From IMG/VR virus record IMGVR_UViG_3300020048_000025: 33,869 nt of DNA. One strand, given 5' to 3'. Shown piece after piece: positions 26,893-33,869 of this stretch (positions are counted from its first letter, which is position 1; each line of letters starts with the position of its first letter). The notes beneath the pieces were generated by a model that searched no databases, was not told where the DNA came from, and saw only the letters and a list, made by a program, of their open reading frames with translations. This DNA comes from an uncultured virus (IMG/VR IMGVR_UViG_3300020048_000025) (taxonomy: Duplodnaviria; Heunggongvirae; Uroviricota; Caudoviricetes). The position numbers were made by a program, and so were the translations under genes.

Positions 26893-27549
26893 ATGCCAAC
26901 AGCTCGTATTTTAACTAAAGAAATGGTCTTAGCGGCCATGAATAAAACTAAATCAGTTAGATCTGCTGCAAGATACTTAAACTGTTCATACACCCACTTG
27001 AAAAAGTACATGAAAGTATACATGGACGAAACAACTGGGGAGTCACTATTTGAAACACATAAAAACCAATCAGGTAAAGGTATTCCAAAACATTCCTTAA
27101 CTGACTATGGGCGATTTAACAAGGAACCCCACATATCTAAAATAGTAAGTGGTGAAGTTGACCCTTCATATTTCACTCCAGAGAAATTGAAACATAGAAT
27201 GATTGAATCTGGGTATGTAAAGGAAGAATGTTATGCATGTGGGTTTAATGAGCGGAGAGTAATTGATTTTAAAATACCATTACTAATGCATTTCGTGGAT
27301 GGTAATAAAAAACACTATGGGATGGGCAATGTTCAATTGTTATGTTACAATTGTTATTTTTTACTTTCAGGAAACATATTCACACAATCCGAAATAGAGA
27401 CATTGGAAGATGGTAAACCTAGATCGCACAATACTGAACGAGTAGAAATGGAATTAGATCCATACCATTTAGAGAAATTGAAAGAATTGGGTCTATATGA
27501 AGACAATATTGAAGATGACCCTTATTCCTTGGTTTCACGGAAAAAGTAA
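26893..27549 (+). CDS. N-terminal HTH plus degenerate HNH/zinc-finger protein
   Basis: SVRSAARYLNCSYTHLKKY (HTH); CYACG...LMHFVDGN...NVQLLCYNCY. Confidence 0.7.
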   Translation: MPTARILTKEMVLAAMNKTKSVRSAARYLNCSYTHLKKYMKVYMDETTGESLFETHKNQSGKGIPKHSLTDYGRFNKEPHISKIVSGEVDPSYFTPEKLKHRMIESGYVKEECYACGFNERRVIDFKIPLLMHFVDGNKKHYGMGNVQLLCYNCYFLLSGNIFTQSEIETLEDGKPRSHNTERVEMELDPYHLEKLKELGLYEDNIEDDPYSLVSRKK

Positions 27550-27561
27550 ATATTTATTAAT

Positions 27562-28386
27562 ATGGAAATGGAACATATATTTTACGATTACATTAATAAT
27601 ATCTACCCAGGAGGAAGAGAAAAATTTAGAGAAGAATATCCTAAATTAGGGAGAAGGAACATGTATTCATTGGTTAATGATGTTGAAATGATGAATGAAC
27701 ATCAGATGATAAATGAATTTATATCTCAAACAATATCACCTGAAAAAACCATTTCTACCCTAAAAGAAAGATATAAAATTAACCCAAAGAACTTAGGGAA
27801 TACTCCTGATAAAATTTCAGTAACTATTGATGAATATGATGGAAAGAATGTAGAGGATATAATTAAATTTATGGATTCATTTGGGTGGTATCCTGCTGCT
27901 CTAGCTAGCTATTTTAGAGATGTAAAATTTGGGAATATTACTTTGTCTTCATTTATTAAAGAAAAACAACCATTCACTATATTATTTGAAGCCAAATATG
28001 ACACAGAAGTAACTAATTTACCTTCAGTAGCATATCATGTTGTTCCTGATTTGTATAGTAAAAAAATTGAAAGATATGGTTTGACCCCAAGAACAAAAAG
28101 TAAAATGAACATCCATCCCGAAAGAATATACATGTTAATAAATGCTGATGAGGATGATATTGAAAATTTATGTTATGAATTGTTTAATAGTTTGAGCCTA
28201 GAATCACAAAATAGGATTCGTAAATATATTATATTAGAAATAGATCTTAAAAGATTACCTAACCATAAATTTTACAATGACCCTAATTTCAGTATTGGGG
28301 GAGATGGAATATGGACTTTTCAAAACATCCCACCTATTTATATTAAGGTAGTAGGAGAAATTGAAGTAAATCCTCATATTCAATGA
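27562..28386 (+). CDS. Hypothetical protein with C-terminal ADP-ribosyltransferase/Tpt1-like domain
   Basis: AYHV....KKI..YGLTP, RIY, ILEID, FY.DPN, W..QNIPP..I. Confidence 0.58.
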   Translation: MEMEHIFYDYINNIYPGGREKFREEYPKLGRRNMYSLVNDVEMMNEHQMINEFISQTISPEKTISTLKERYKINPKNLGNTPDKISVTIDEYDGKNVEDIIKFMDSFGWYPAALASYFRDVKFGNITLSSFIKEKQPFTILFEAKYDTEVTNLPSVAYHVVPDLYSKKIERYGLTPRTKSKMNIHPERIYMLINADEDDIENLCYELFNSLSLESQNRIRKYIILEIDLKRLPNHKFYNDPNFSIGGDGIWTFQNIPPIYIKVVGEIEVNPHIQ

Positions 28387-28541
28387 AACCATCTAAAAAA
28401 CATCAACGAATAGTAAATGACTACGAGAAACAAAAGCAAAGACATCTTGAGAGGTTAGGCACTAAGTTACTAAAAGAAGATGATAAGAATCAAAAACTGA
28501 GGGGGAAAAATATAGACCCAGGTTTTTTAAATTTATTTTAA
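28383..28541 (+). CDS. Small basic hypothetical protein (52 aa, absent from the ORF track)
   Basis: MKPSKKHQRIVNDYEKQK...FLNLF; ATGA overlap upstream, ends 1 nt before the next ATG. Confidence 0.65.
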   Translation: MKPSKKHQRIVNDYEKQKQRHLERLGTKLLKEDDKNQKLRGKNIDPGFLNLF

Positions 28542-28542
28542 A

Positions 28543-28842
28543 ATGGCAAGCGAAATTATTGTATTTAACAGTGACGAATTCGAGGAATTAATCACTAAAA
28601 AAGACGTGCGGATTGCTCAAGCATTAGTAGACACTATCTTGTCCAATTTAAAAGGTCGCAAACGTCATCTTCATGCATTATCGGTGTTGGTAGAACAAGA
28701 ACAAACCATATACGATATTACAGTAGACAGAAAGGAATTCATTACCACATTAAAACAAAATCTTCCCACATTAGAAGAAAATGAACTCTATGAATCATGC
28801 GCTCTAGTTCGAGACGCACTAATTTCACTAGAAAAAAAATAA
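28543..28842 (+). CDS. Hypothetical protein with UVR-like C-terminal helix
   Basis: ENELYESCALVRD. Confidence 0.68.
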   Translation: MASEIIVFNSDEFEELITKKDVRIAQALVDTILSNLKGRKRHLHALSVLVEQEQTIYDITVDRKEFITTLKQNLPTLEENELYESCALVRDALISLEKK

Positions 28843-28846
28843 ATTT

Positions 28847-28873
28847 AAAGCTCCAATAGGAGCTTTTGTTTTT
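28847..28873 (+). terminator. Intrinsic terminator overlapping a TTG-N19-TATATT candidate promoter
   Basis: AAAGCTCC-AATA-GGAGCTTT followed by TGTTTTT; TTG 28866-28868, TATATT 28888-28893. Confidence 0.75.
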
Positions 28874-28898
28874 CCAAATATATTTCGTATATTCAGTT

Positions 28899-28927
28899 AT
28901 ATTAATAAATAAAAAATAAGGTTATGA
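28899..28927 (+). repeat. 29-bp direct repeat (leader plus start), left copy
   Basis: ATATTAATAAATAAAAAATAAGGTTATGA, identical at 29428-29456. Confidence 0.85.
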
Positions 28928-29190
28928 TTTTAAAGAAATTAGGTGATGAATATAAATTATATAGTCATGATAGCTGTATAGCTACAACTCAAGAGTCACC
29001 ATATAAAAGATTATCTAAACAAAACTGTGATGAGATACCCAACCCAGAATCAAATGAGATAGAGGTTGAGATACGTTGTTATATAGGAAATGGTAATAAA
29101 GAATCAGATAGTTTTAAAGACCCTTTAGTAACAAATACAGGTATTCCAAAACTTGACGAAAATGGTTGTTTAATCCTAAAACGTAAATAA
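28924..29190 (+). CDS. Hypothetical protein
   Basis: 88 aa ending PKLDENGCLILKRK. Confidence 0.68.
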   Translation: MILKKLGDEYKLYSHDSCIATTQESPYKRLSKQNCDEIPNPESNEIEVEIRCYIGNGNKESDSFKDPLVTNTGIPKLDENGCLILKRK

Positions 29191-29192
29191 AA

Positions 29193-29405
29193 ATGTCTAT
29201 TACCGATAAACAATTACTAGAGATATACATGAAAGGCTTTAATGATAGCCTATACAATATATTTCCTGAATCATCATATTCATCACTCGAAACTAAAGCA
29301 TATTATTTAGGAAGAATAGATGCTATTATCGGAGATGAAATAGAGGAAGTGGATCTTGAAACAGATGAAGAAATACTAGCTAAAATAAAGGACAAAAATA
29401 CTTAA
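29193..29405 (+). CDS. Hypothetical acidic protein
   Basis: 70 aa; YMKGFND..., KAYYLGRIDA. Confidence 0.62.
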   Translation: MSITDKQLLEIYMKGFNDSLYNIFPESSYSSLETKAYYLGRIDAIIGDEIEEVDLETDEEILAKIKDKNT

Positions 29406-29422
29406 ATTCTCATTCGTATATT
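29390..29422 (+). promoter_or_regulatory. Candidate promoter GGAC-N23-TATATT
   Basis: GGAC 29390-29393, TATATT 29417-29422. Confidence 0.55.
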
Positions 29423-29427
29423 CCAGC

Positions 29428-29456
29428 ATATTAATAAATAAAAAATAAGGTTATGA
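29428..29456 (+). repeat. 29-bp direct repeat, right copy
   Basis: Identical to 28899-28927. Confidence 0.85.
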
Positions 29457-30247
29457 AAGTAGTAGAGAGAAAAGCTGAAACAAGAGGTAGAAAACCAAAA
29501 CAACAAGTAGATGTTGTATTTAACCCTGATGACATTAAGTTATTTAGAGGTAGTGAGTTATCATTCAATGATTCATTGTTCAAACCGTTTAAAACAAACT
29601 CTGAATTAGATATTATCTTATCTACTGATGGTGGGTTGATGCCAGGTGTTTCCCTTATGTTTGCTGGGGGGCCGGGTTCGGGTAAAACAACAGTTGTTTT
29701 AGATATGTTATCTAAATTTACTCAACAAGGTTATAAAGCATTATTCATATCAGGTGAAATGGATGAAGTAGGGCATTACAAATATTGTAAACGTATGCCT
29801 CACTTCGATTGCGTTCAAACATTATTTTTAAAAGATTATATTGATAATGTTAAGGAAGTAATTGAATATGTGTTTGATCAAGGATATGATGTAGTTGGGA
29901 TAGATTCAATTGCTGAAGTATTAGAGATGTATAAAGATCAAAATGGGGGTACAGCAAAACAAGCTGAAATATGGTATTTAAAACTACAAGATAAAATTAA
30001 AAAAGGACACAATAAAGGTAATTACTATACTTCATTCATCAATATCCAGCAGATGACAAAAAGCGATGAGTTCGTTGGATCCAACCGCTTAAAGCATATG
30101 ATGGAGGCATATTGTGCAATTGAACGCAGCAAAGATGGTTTAGAGAGATCAATGCATTTCGAAAAAAACCGTGATTGCGATAAAGATTTCAAAATTTATT
30201 TTTCAATATACAACGGAGGTGTTTATTATACTTTTGGAGGAGAATAA
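29453..30247 (+). CDS. RadA/Sms-like RecA-fold ATPase
   Basis: GGLMPG, Walker A GGPGSGKTT, LFISGEM, Walker B VGIDSI, TK...GSNRLKHM, KNR. Confidence 0.8.
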   Translation: MKVVERKAETRGRKPKQQVDVVFNPDDIKLFRGSELSFNDSLFKPFKTNSELDIILSTDGGLMPGVSLMFAGGPGSGKTTVVLDMLSKFTQQGYKALFISGEMDEVGHYKYCKRMPHFDCVQTLFLKDYIDNVKEVIEYVFDQGYDVVGIDSIAEVLEMYKDQNGGTAKQAEIWYLKLQDKIKKGHNKGNYYTSFINIQQMTKSDEFVGSNRLKHMMEAYCAIERSKDGLERSMHFEKNRDCDKDFKIYFSIYNGGVYYTFGGE

Positions 30248-30252
30248 TAAAA

Positions 30253-30285
30253 GGACAAGTTTATTTAAAATATTATTCGTATATT
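30253..30285 (+). promoter_or_regulatory. Candidate promoter GGAC-N23-TATATT
   Basis: GGAC 30253-30256, TATATT 30280-30285; ATTCGTATATTCCAGCATA shared with the 29412 copy. Confidence 0.55.
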
Positions 30286-30309
30286 CCAGCATAATTAAAA
30301 TAAGATGTT

Positions 30310-30435
30310 ATGAGTTGTTCAGGTGGTAAATCAGTAAAAAAAGGTAGGTACAATAAAGCACAAAACCTACAAAAACCAATCGATTATACTATCGATAAAA
30401 ACGGGAATGTTAAACCAATTTACACTAAAAAATAA
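30310..30435 (+). CDS. Small basic hypothetical protein (41 aa, absent from the ORF track)
   Basis: MSCSGGKSVKKGRYNK...; GTTATG start right after a promoter; fills the gap. Confidence 0.55.
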   Translation: MSCSGGKSVKKGRYNKAQNLQKPIDYTIDKNGNVKPIYTKK

Positions 30436-30441
30436 ATAATT

Positions 30442-31185
30442 ATGAAAGATAAATTTATCCCAGTAAACAATGATGTAAATAAAGCAATTGCTTTTGCTAA
30501 TACATTAGATTCGAACAACATTAAAAATGTTCAAAAACTAAATCCACCTCAATATTATATTGATACATTAGAGGTAGTTAAAGTACTTCAAAACGAAGGA
30601 TGGACATTACATGGTGTAGATGAATTTAGAAATAAACAACGTAGAGTGATGTCCAATTTCGTTCAAATGAAACACCCTGATTTAAAATTATTCGAAGGTG
30701 GTAAAACAGAGGCTGTTGCATCAATCACCATTTCAAACAGTTGTGATGGTAAAAAACCGTTAGAGATGAGTTTGGGTGTGTATAGACAGATATGCTCTAA
30801 TGGATTAATAGTAAGGGAGGAATTCGCTACTGAACGAATCAAACACATAGAGATGGATTACAATAACTTGTACAGTAAAATTATGTTATTTGGTAATAAA
30901 ACAGATAAAGTACTGAATAAATTCACATCATTAAAACAACATGAATTAAACGATAGTGATGTAATTAAATTAGCTCGTGAAGCAGCATTTTTAAGGTATG
31001 AAGATAGTGAAGTAAATGATCGTGTTGATGCATTACTTAGAGTAAGTAGATTAGAGGATGAAGGTAACAATTTATGGAGAGTATACAATCGCATCCAGGA
31101 AAACTTAACACATGACGTTAGGAACCCAAACCTAAACATTAAATTAAATCAACAATTATTTGCATTAGCTGAAAGCTATATTTAA
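30442..31185 (+). CDS. DUF932/DUF945-like protein
   Basis: I.T..V...L..EGW, ISNSCDG, GVYRQICSNGL, R.ED....LWRVYNRIQENL. Confidence 0.78.
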   Translation: MKDKFIPVNNDVNKAIAFANTLDSNNIKNVQKLNPPQYYIDTLEVVKVLQNEGWTLHGVDEFRNKQRRVMSNFVQMKHPDLKLFEGGKTEAVASITISNSCDGKKPLEMSLGVYRQICSNGLIVREEFATERIKHIEMDYNNLYSKIMLFGNKTDKVLNKFTSLKQHELNDSDVIKLAREAAFLRYEDSEVNDRVDALLRVSRLEDEGNNLWRVYNRIQENLTHDVRNPNLNIKLNQQLFALAESYI

Positions 31186-31189
31186 TAAG

Positions 31190-31222
31190 GGACTATCACC
31201 CGCAAGGGTGCTTTCGTATATT
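31190..31222 (+). promoter_or_regulatory. Candidate promoter GGAC-N23-TATATT containing a GNRA-tetraloop hairpin
   Basis: GGAC 31190-31193; CACCC-GCAA-GGGTG 31197-31210 then CTTT; TATATT 31217-31222. Confidence 0.6.
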
Positions 31223-31246
31223 TAATCATATTAAAAAAACAAAGTT

Positions 31247-31552
31247 ATGAAATATAAACATTTTAAACGATTAATAGAAATATTAAAAAAACAAAACGAA
31301 TTATTCCATGAATTATCCCAATTAGGATTTGATTTTTTAGAGAATGAAAGGTTTCCAATTTGGGAAAACAATGACCATATGTTTATGGCCGCTATAGAAA
31401 GTCACTACACTGATGAAGGTATTGATTGGATTAGTTGGTTTATCTATGAAAATGATTTTGGTAAAGGTGGAATGAATGCTATGGATAATGGCAAACCAAT
31501 ATGTCAGGACCTTAGATCACTACACAAATATGTTAAACAATATAAAAAATAA
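31247..31552 (+). CDS. Hypothetical protein
   Basis: GIDWISWFIYENDFG; AAAGTTATG start. Confidence 0.7.
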   Translation: MKYKHFKRLIEILKKQNELFHELSQLGFDFLENERFPIWENNDHMFMAAIESHYTDEGIDWISWFIYENDFGKGGMNAMDNGKPICQDLRSLHKYVKQYKK

Positions 31553-31556
31553 TATT

Positions 31557-31775
31557 ATGAAATCAGAAGAAGAAATCCATAGGGATATTTTATCCCGATT
31601 AACAGGAGTATCACCGAACGAACCATCAACGTTGGTACACGATTTAATGAATTACATTGACGATGAAATTGAGAAGAGAAAAAAATTAGCCGAAGTATCA
31701 TCCGATCCTGGGTATTACCATGGGATGATTATAGGGTTGTTAAACATTCAAGAATTTATATTAAAACACAAATAG
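31557..31775 (+). CDS. Hypothetical protein
   Basis: Start moved to ATG 31557, just after the upstream stop. Confidence 0.6.
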   Translation: MKSEEEIHRDILSRLTGVSPNEPSTLVHDLMNYIDDEIEKRKKLAEVSSDPGYYHGMIIGLLNIQEFILKHK

Positions 31776-31776
31776 C

Positions 31777-31947
31777 ATGATTTTATTTACAATTTTCAGA
31801 CACATTTTATACCACATAATTTCAGTTATATGGTTTTTATTATTAATCACTGTAGTGGTTCCATTAGTTATACATATTATAACTGGCGAGACATGGGGTG
31901 ACATATTAAAAGGAATTGAGCGATTATTATGCAAGACAAAACACTAG
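31777..31947 (+). CDS. Small membrane protein (56 aa, absent from the ORF track)
   Basis: MILFTIFRHILYHIISVIWFLLLITVVVPLVIHII...; fills the gap. Confidence 0.5.
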   Translation: MILFTIFRHILYHIISVIWFLLLITVVVPLVIHIITGETWGDILKGIERLLCKTKH

Positions 31948-32126
31948 AACCATTCCAATTCAAATTCAAAAACATAGTATATGAATGTGTTGGTGAGGAT
32001 CGTGAGTTTCAAATAATGCAATTCAAATATTTAGTTGAAGTACAAGATTTTGTAACATTAAAAAACCGAATTATCAACCAATCAGTTAATCGTGGTGGTG
32101 GACCTGATTTAAAAATTATTAAATAA
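31929..32126 (+). CDS. Hypothetical protein
   Basis: 65 aa, packed in the operon. Confidence 0.58.
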   Translation: MQDKTLEPFQFKFKNIVYECVGEDREFQIMQFKYLVEVQDFVTLKNRIINQSVNRGGGPDLKIIK

Positions 32127-32127
32127 C

Positions 32128-32388
32128 ATGACAGTACTAGAACTTATTCAATTTTTATCAACACAAGACCCTAACCTTGAGATATACATCCAGGGATATG
32201 AAGACGGATATGTTGATGTTGAAATCGATAGAATAGAGAATATCGAGGTATGTAGGGATTTCTACAATGATCAAGAAGGAGGAAAAGATTGGTGGAACGG
32301 TGACCATGAGGATTACAATGCAGTGAGAAAAGGCCCGGCTAATGTATCCAAATATGAAATTAAAAAGGGAATTGTTTTCTACCGATAA
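32128..32388 (+). CDS. Hypothetical protein
   Basis: MTVLELIQFLS..DP.L.+..GYEDGY.D, a common small phage protein N-terminus. Confidence 0.68.
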   Translation: MTVLELIQFLSTQDPNLEIYIQGYEDGYVDVEIDRIENIEVCRDFYNDQEGGKDWWNGDHEDYNAVRKGPANVSKYEIKKGIVFYR

Positions 32389-32400
32389 AATTCGTATATT
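32372..32400 (+). promoter_or_regulatory. Candidate promoter TTG-N20-TATATT
   Basis: TTG 32372-32374, TATATT 32395-32400. Confidence 0.58.
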
Positions 32401-32420
32401 AACGACAAATATAAAAAATT

Positions 32421-32672
32421 ATGGGAAAAGTAATATTAGAGTTCGATTCAATTGAAGAGCAAGATGATATCAAATCTGCATTAGACGGATACAAGTGGAA
32501 ATTGGCGATGAATGATTTAGATGATTTATTGCGAGAAACAGAAAAATACGACAAATCATTAGTAAAACCATATGGTCCTGATTTAGCAACTGAGGTTGAA
32601 TACGATGTAGCAATAAAATTAAGAGAAACGATTAGAGAAATACTATTCGAGTACGGTTTAAAATTTGATTAA
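32421..32672 (+). CDS. Hypothetical protein
   Basis: LEFD..EE......ALDG.KW..AM.DLD..LR...KY. Confidence 0.7.
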   Translation: MGKVILEFDSIEEQDDIKSALDGYKWKLAMNDLDDLLRETEKYDKSLVKPYGPDLATEVEYDVAIKLRETIREILFEYGLKFD

Positions 32673-32677
32673 TTATT

Positions 32678-33010
32678 ATGAGTAAACTAGATAGCCCTAA
32701 ATTCCACCTTGACTTATCAGGGGGAAATCAACCAGATTATATATGGAAGTTACACCGCATCGATGATGATTTAATTAAAACCTCATTTGAGGTAATGTGG
32801 CTTGAATTTGATGAAAATGGTAAATTTAAACAAAAACATGATGTGCCTGAGGTAGGTAGAAGTTTGTTAATGTCACCATTCAATGCATTTTTCACTTGGC
32901 AAACAACAGATATTATTGAATTAATCAATGCTGATGATAATTTAGTTGAATTTGAAACAAAAAACTCAACATATAAATTAGAGCGCATCCCAAACCCAGA
33001 CATTAAATAA
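32678..33010 (+). CDS. Hypothetical protein
   Basis: GRSLLM.PF..FFTWQTT.I.E....F.TKNSTYKL. Confidence 0.7.
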   Translation: MSKLDSPKFHLDLSGGNQPDYIWKLHRIDDDLIKTSFEVMWLEFDENGKFKQKHDVPEVGRSLLMSPFNAFFTWQTTDIIELINADDNLVEFETKNSTYKLERIPNPDIK

Positions 33011-33022
33011 ATTCAATTAGTT

Positions 33023-33869
33023 ATGAATAACCTAGACAAACAATATCAAGCATTGCTACAAGACATCTTAGATAATGGTGTTACTAAAATGGATCGCACT
33101 GGAACTGGTACCTTAAGTCTTTTTGGTAGACAAATTAGACACAAAATGTCAGATGGTTTTCCATTATTAACTACAAAAAAGCTTCACTGGAAAAGTATTG
33201 TGGGTGAACTTTTATGGTTTCTTAAGGGGGATACTAATATTAAATGGTTAGTAGGAAATGGGATATCCATTTGGAACGGAGATGCATATAAGAATTATCT
33301 AAAACAATATGAAAAAGATAAAAAGCATGGTGTAAAATATGAAGATAATCCTAAACATGATAGACCGTTTAATCGAGAAGAGTTTATCAACTGGATTAAA
33401 AATGTCGATGAATTTGCTAAAATATATGGTGAACTGGGCCCCATATATGGTGCTGGCTGGAGATCAACCCAGCATAACGGGAAAATAATAGACCAAATTT
33501 CAAACGCAATCCACCTACTCAAAACAAACCCAGACGATAGAGGTATCATCGTTTCAGCTTGGAATGTTGGTGAATTAGACAATATGGTTTTACGACCTTG
33601 TCATTATGGATTTCAAGTTTATACAAGAGAGTTGAGTTATGAAGAAAGATGCGATATATTTAAACCCAATACTAAGAATTTTAGAACTGAAACAAATTCA
33701 TATATAAAAGATTTGAACATTAAAATAATGAATGATTGTGAAATTCCAACTAGAGCAATCTCATTAATGTGGAATCAACGTTCAGTAGATACATTCTTAG
33801 GTTTACCATTCAATATTGCATCTTATGGATTGTTATTAGAAATCATTGCTAAAGCAGTTAATATGGTTC
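33023..33869 (+). CDS. thyA: Thymidylate synthase, truncated by window end (absent from the ORF track)
   Basis: Translated by hand: DRTGTGT.S.FG, FPLLTTKK, ELLWFL.G.TN, LGPIYG, SAWN, LRPCH, QRSVD.FLGLPFNIASY. Confidence 0.96.
   Translation, partial: MNNLDKQYQALLQDILDNGVTKMDRTGTGTLSLFGRQIRHKMSDGFPLLTTKKLHWKSIVGELLWFLKGDTNIKWLVGNGISIWNGDAYKNYLKQYEKDKKHGVKYEDNPKHDRPFNREEFINWIKNVDEFAKIYGELGPIYGAGWRSTQHNGKIIDQISNAIHLLKTNPDDRGIIVSAWNVGELDNMVLRPCHYGFQVYTRELSYEERCDIFKPNTKNFRTETNSYIKDLNIKIMNDCEIPTRAISLMWNQRSVDTFLGLPFNIASYGLLLEIIAKAVNMV

Noticed and set aside
57..33582. Minus-strand ORFs and nested alternative-frame plus-strand ORFs in the track
   Set aside because: All overlap well-supported + strand genes, lack recognisable motifs and look like antisense shadows.
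33023..33869. dCMP hydroxymethylase feeding the glycosyltransferases
   Set aside because: The sequence keeps canonical ThyA motifs, including PFN with the dUMP-specifying Asn; dCMP hydroxymethylases have Asp there.
1..33869. Bacterial chromosome origin suggested by groEL, folE, hpt and thyA
   Set aside because: T4-like polymerase, clamp and clamp loader, homing endonucleases, single-strand dense packing and many small unknown ORFs indicate a large phage.

Overview
AT-rich (roughly two-thirds A+T by eye), gene-dense segment of a large dsDNA tailed phage with a T4-like replisome. Every credible gene is on the + strand. A Bacteroidota host is inferred from the lack of Shine-Dalgarno sites and from TTG-N20-TATATT promoters. 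Gene order: 7-deazaguanine/purine genes (queE 3' end, hpt, folE, MazG-like NTP pyrophosphatase); a family-B DNA polymerase split into two ORFs by a zinc-repeat PD-(D/E)xK endonuclease; sliding clamp; groES/groEL with an ORF between them flanked by a 24-bp direct repeat; clamp loader subunits; a Cas4/RecB-like nuclease; a GIY-YIG homing endonuclease; a ~10-kb glycosyltransferase cluster; small regulatory/unknown genes including an ADP-ribosyltransferase-fold ORF; a RadA/Sms-like ATPase; a DUF932-like gene; and the 5' part of thyA. Intergenic DNA shows three candidate promoter classes, a repeated 37-bp hairpin-plus-promoter module and a recurrent GTT(AT)ATG start context. No tRNA, rRNA or CRISPR array was seen. 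Product calls rest on motif recognition by eye; no database search was run.
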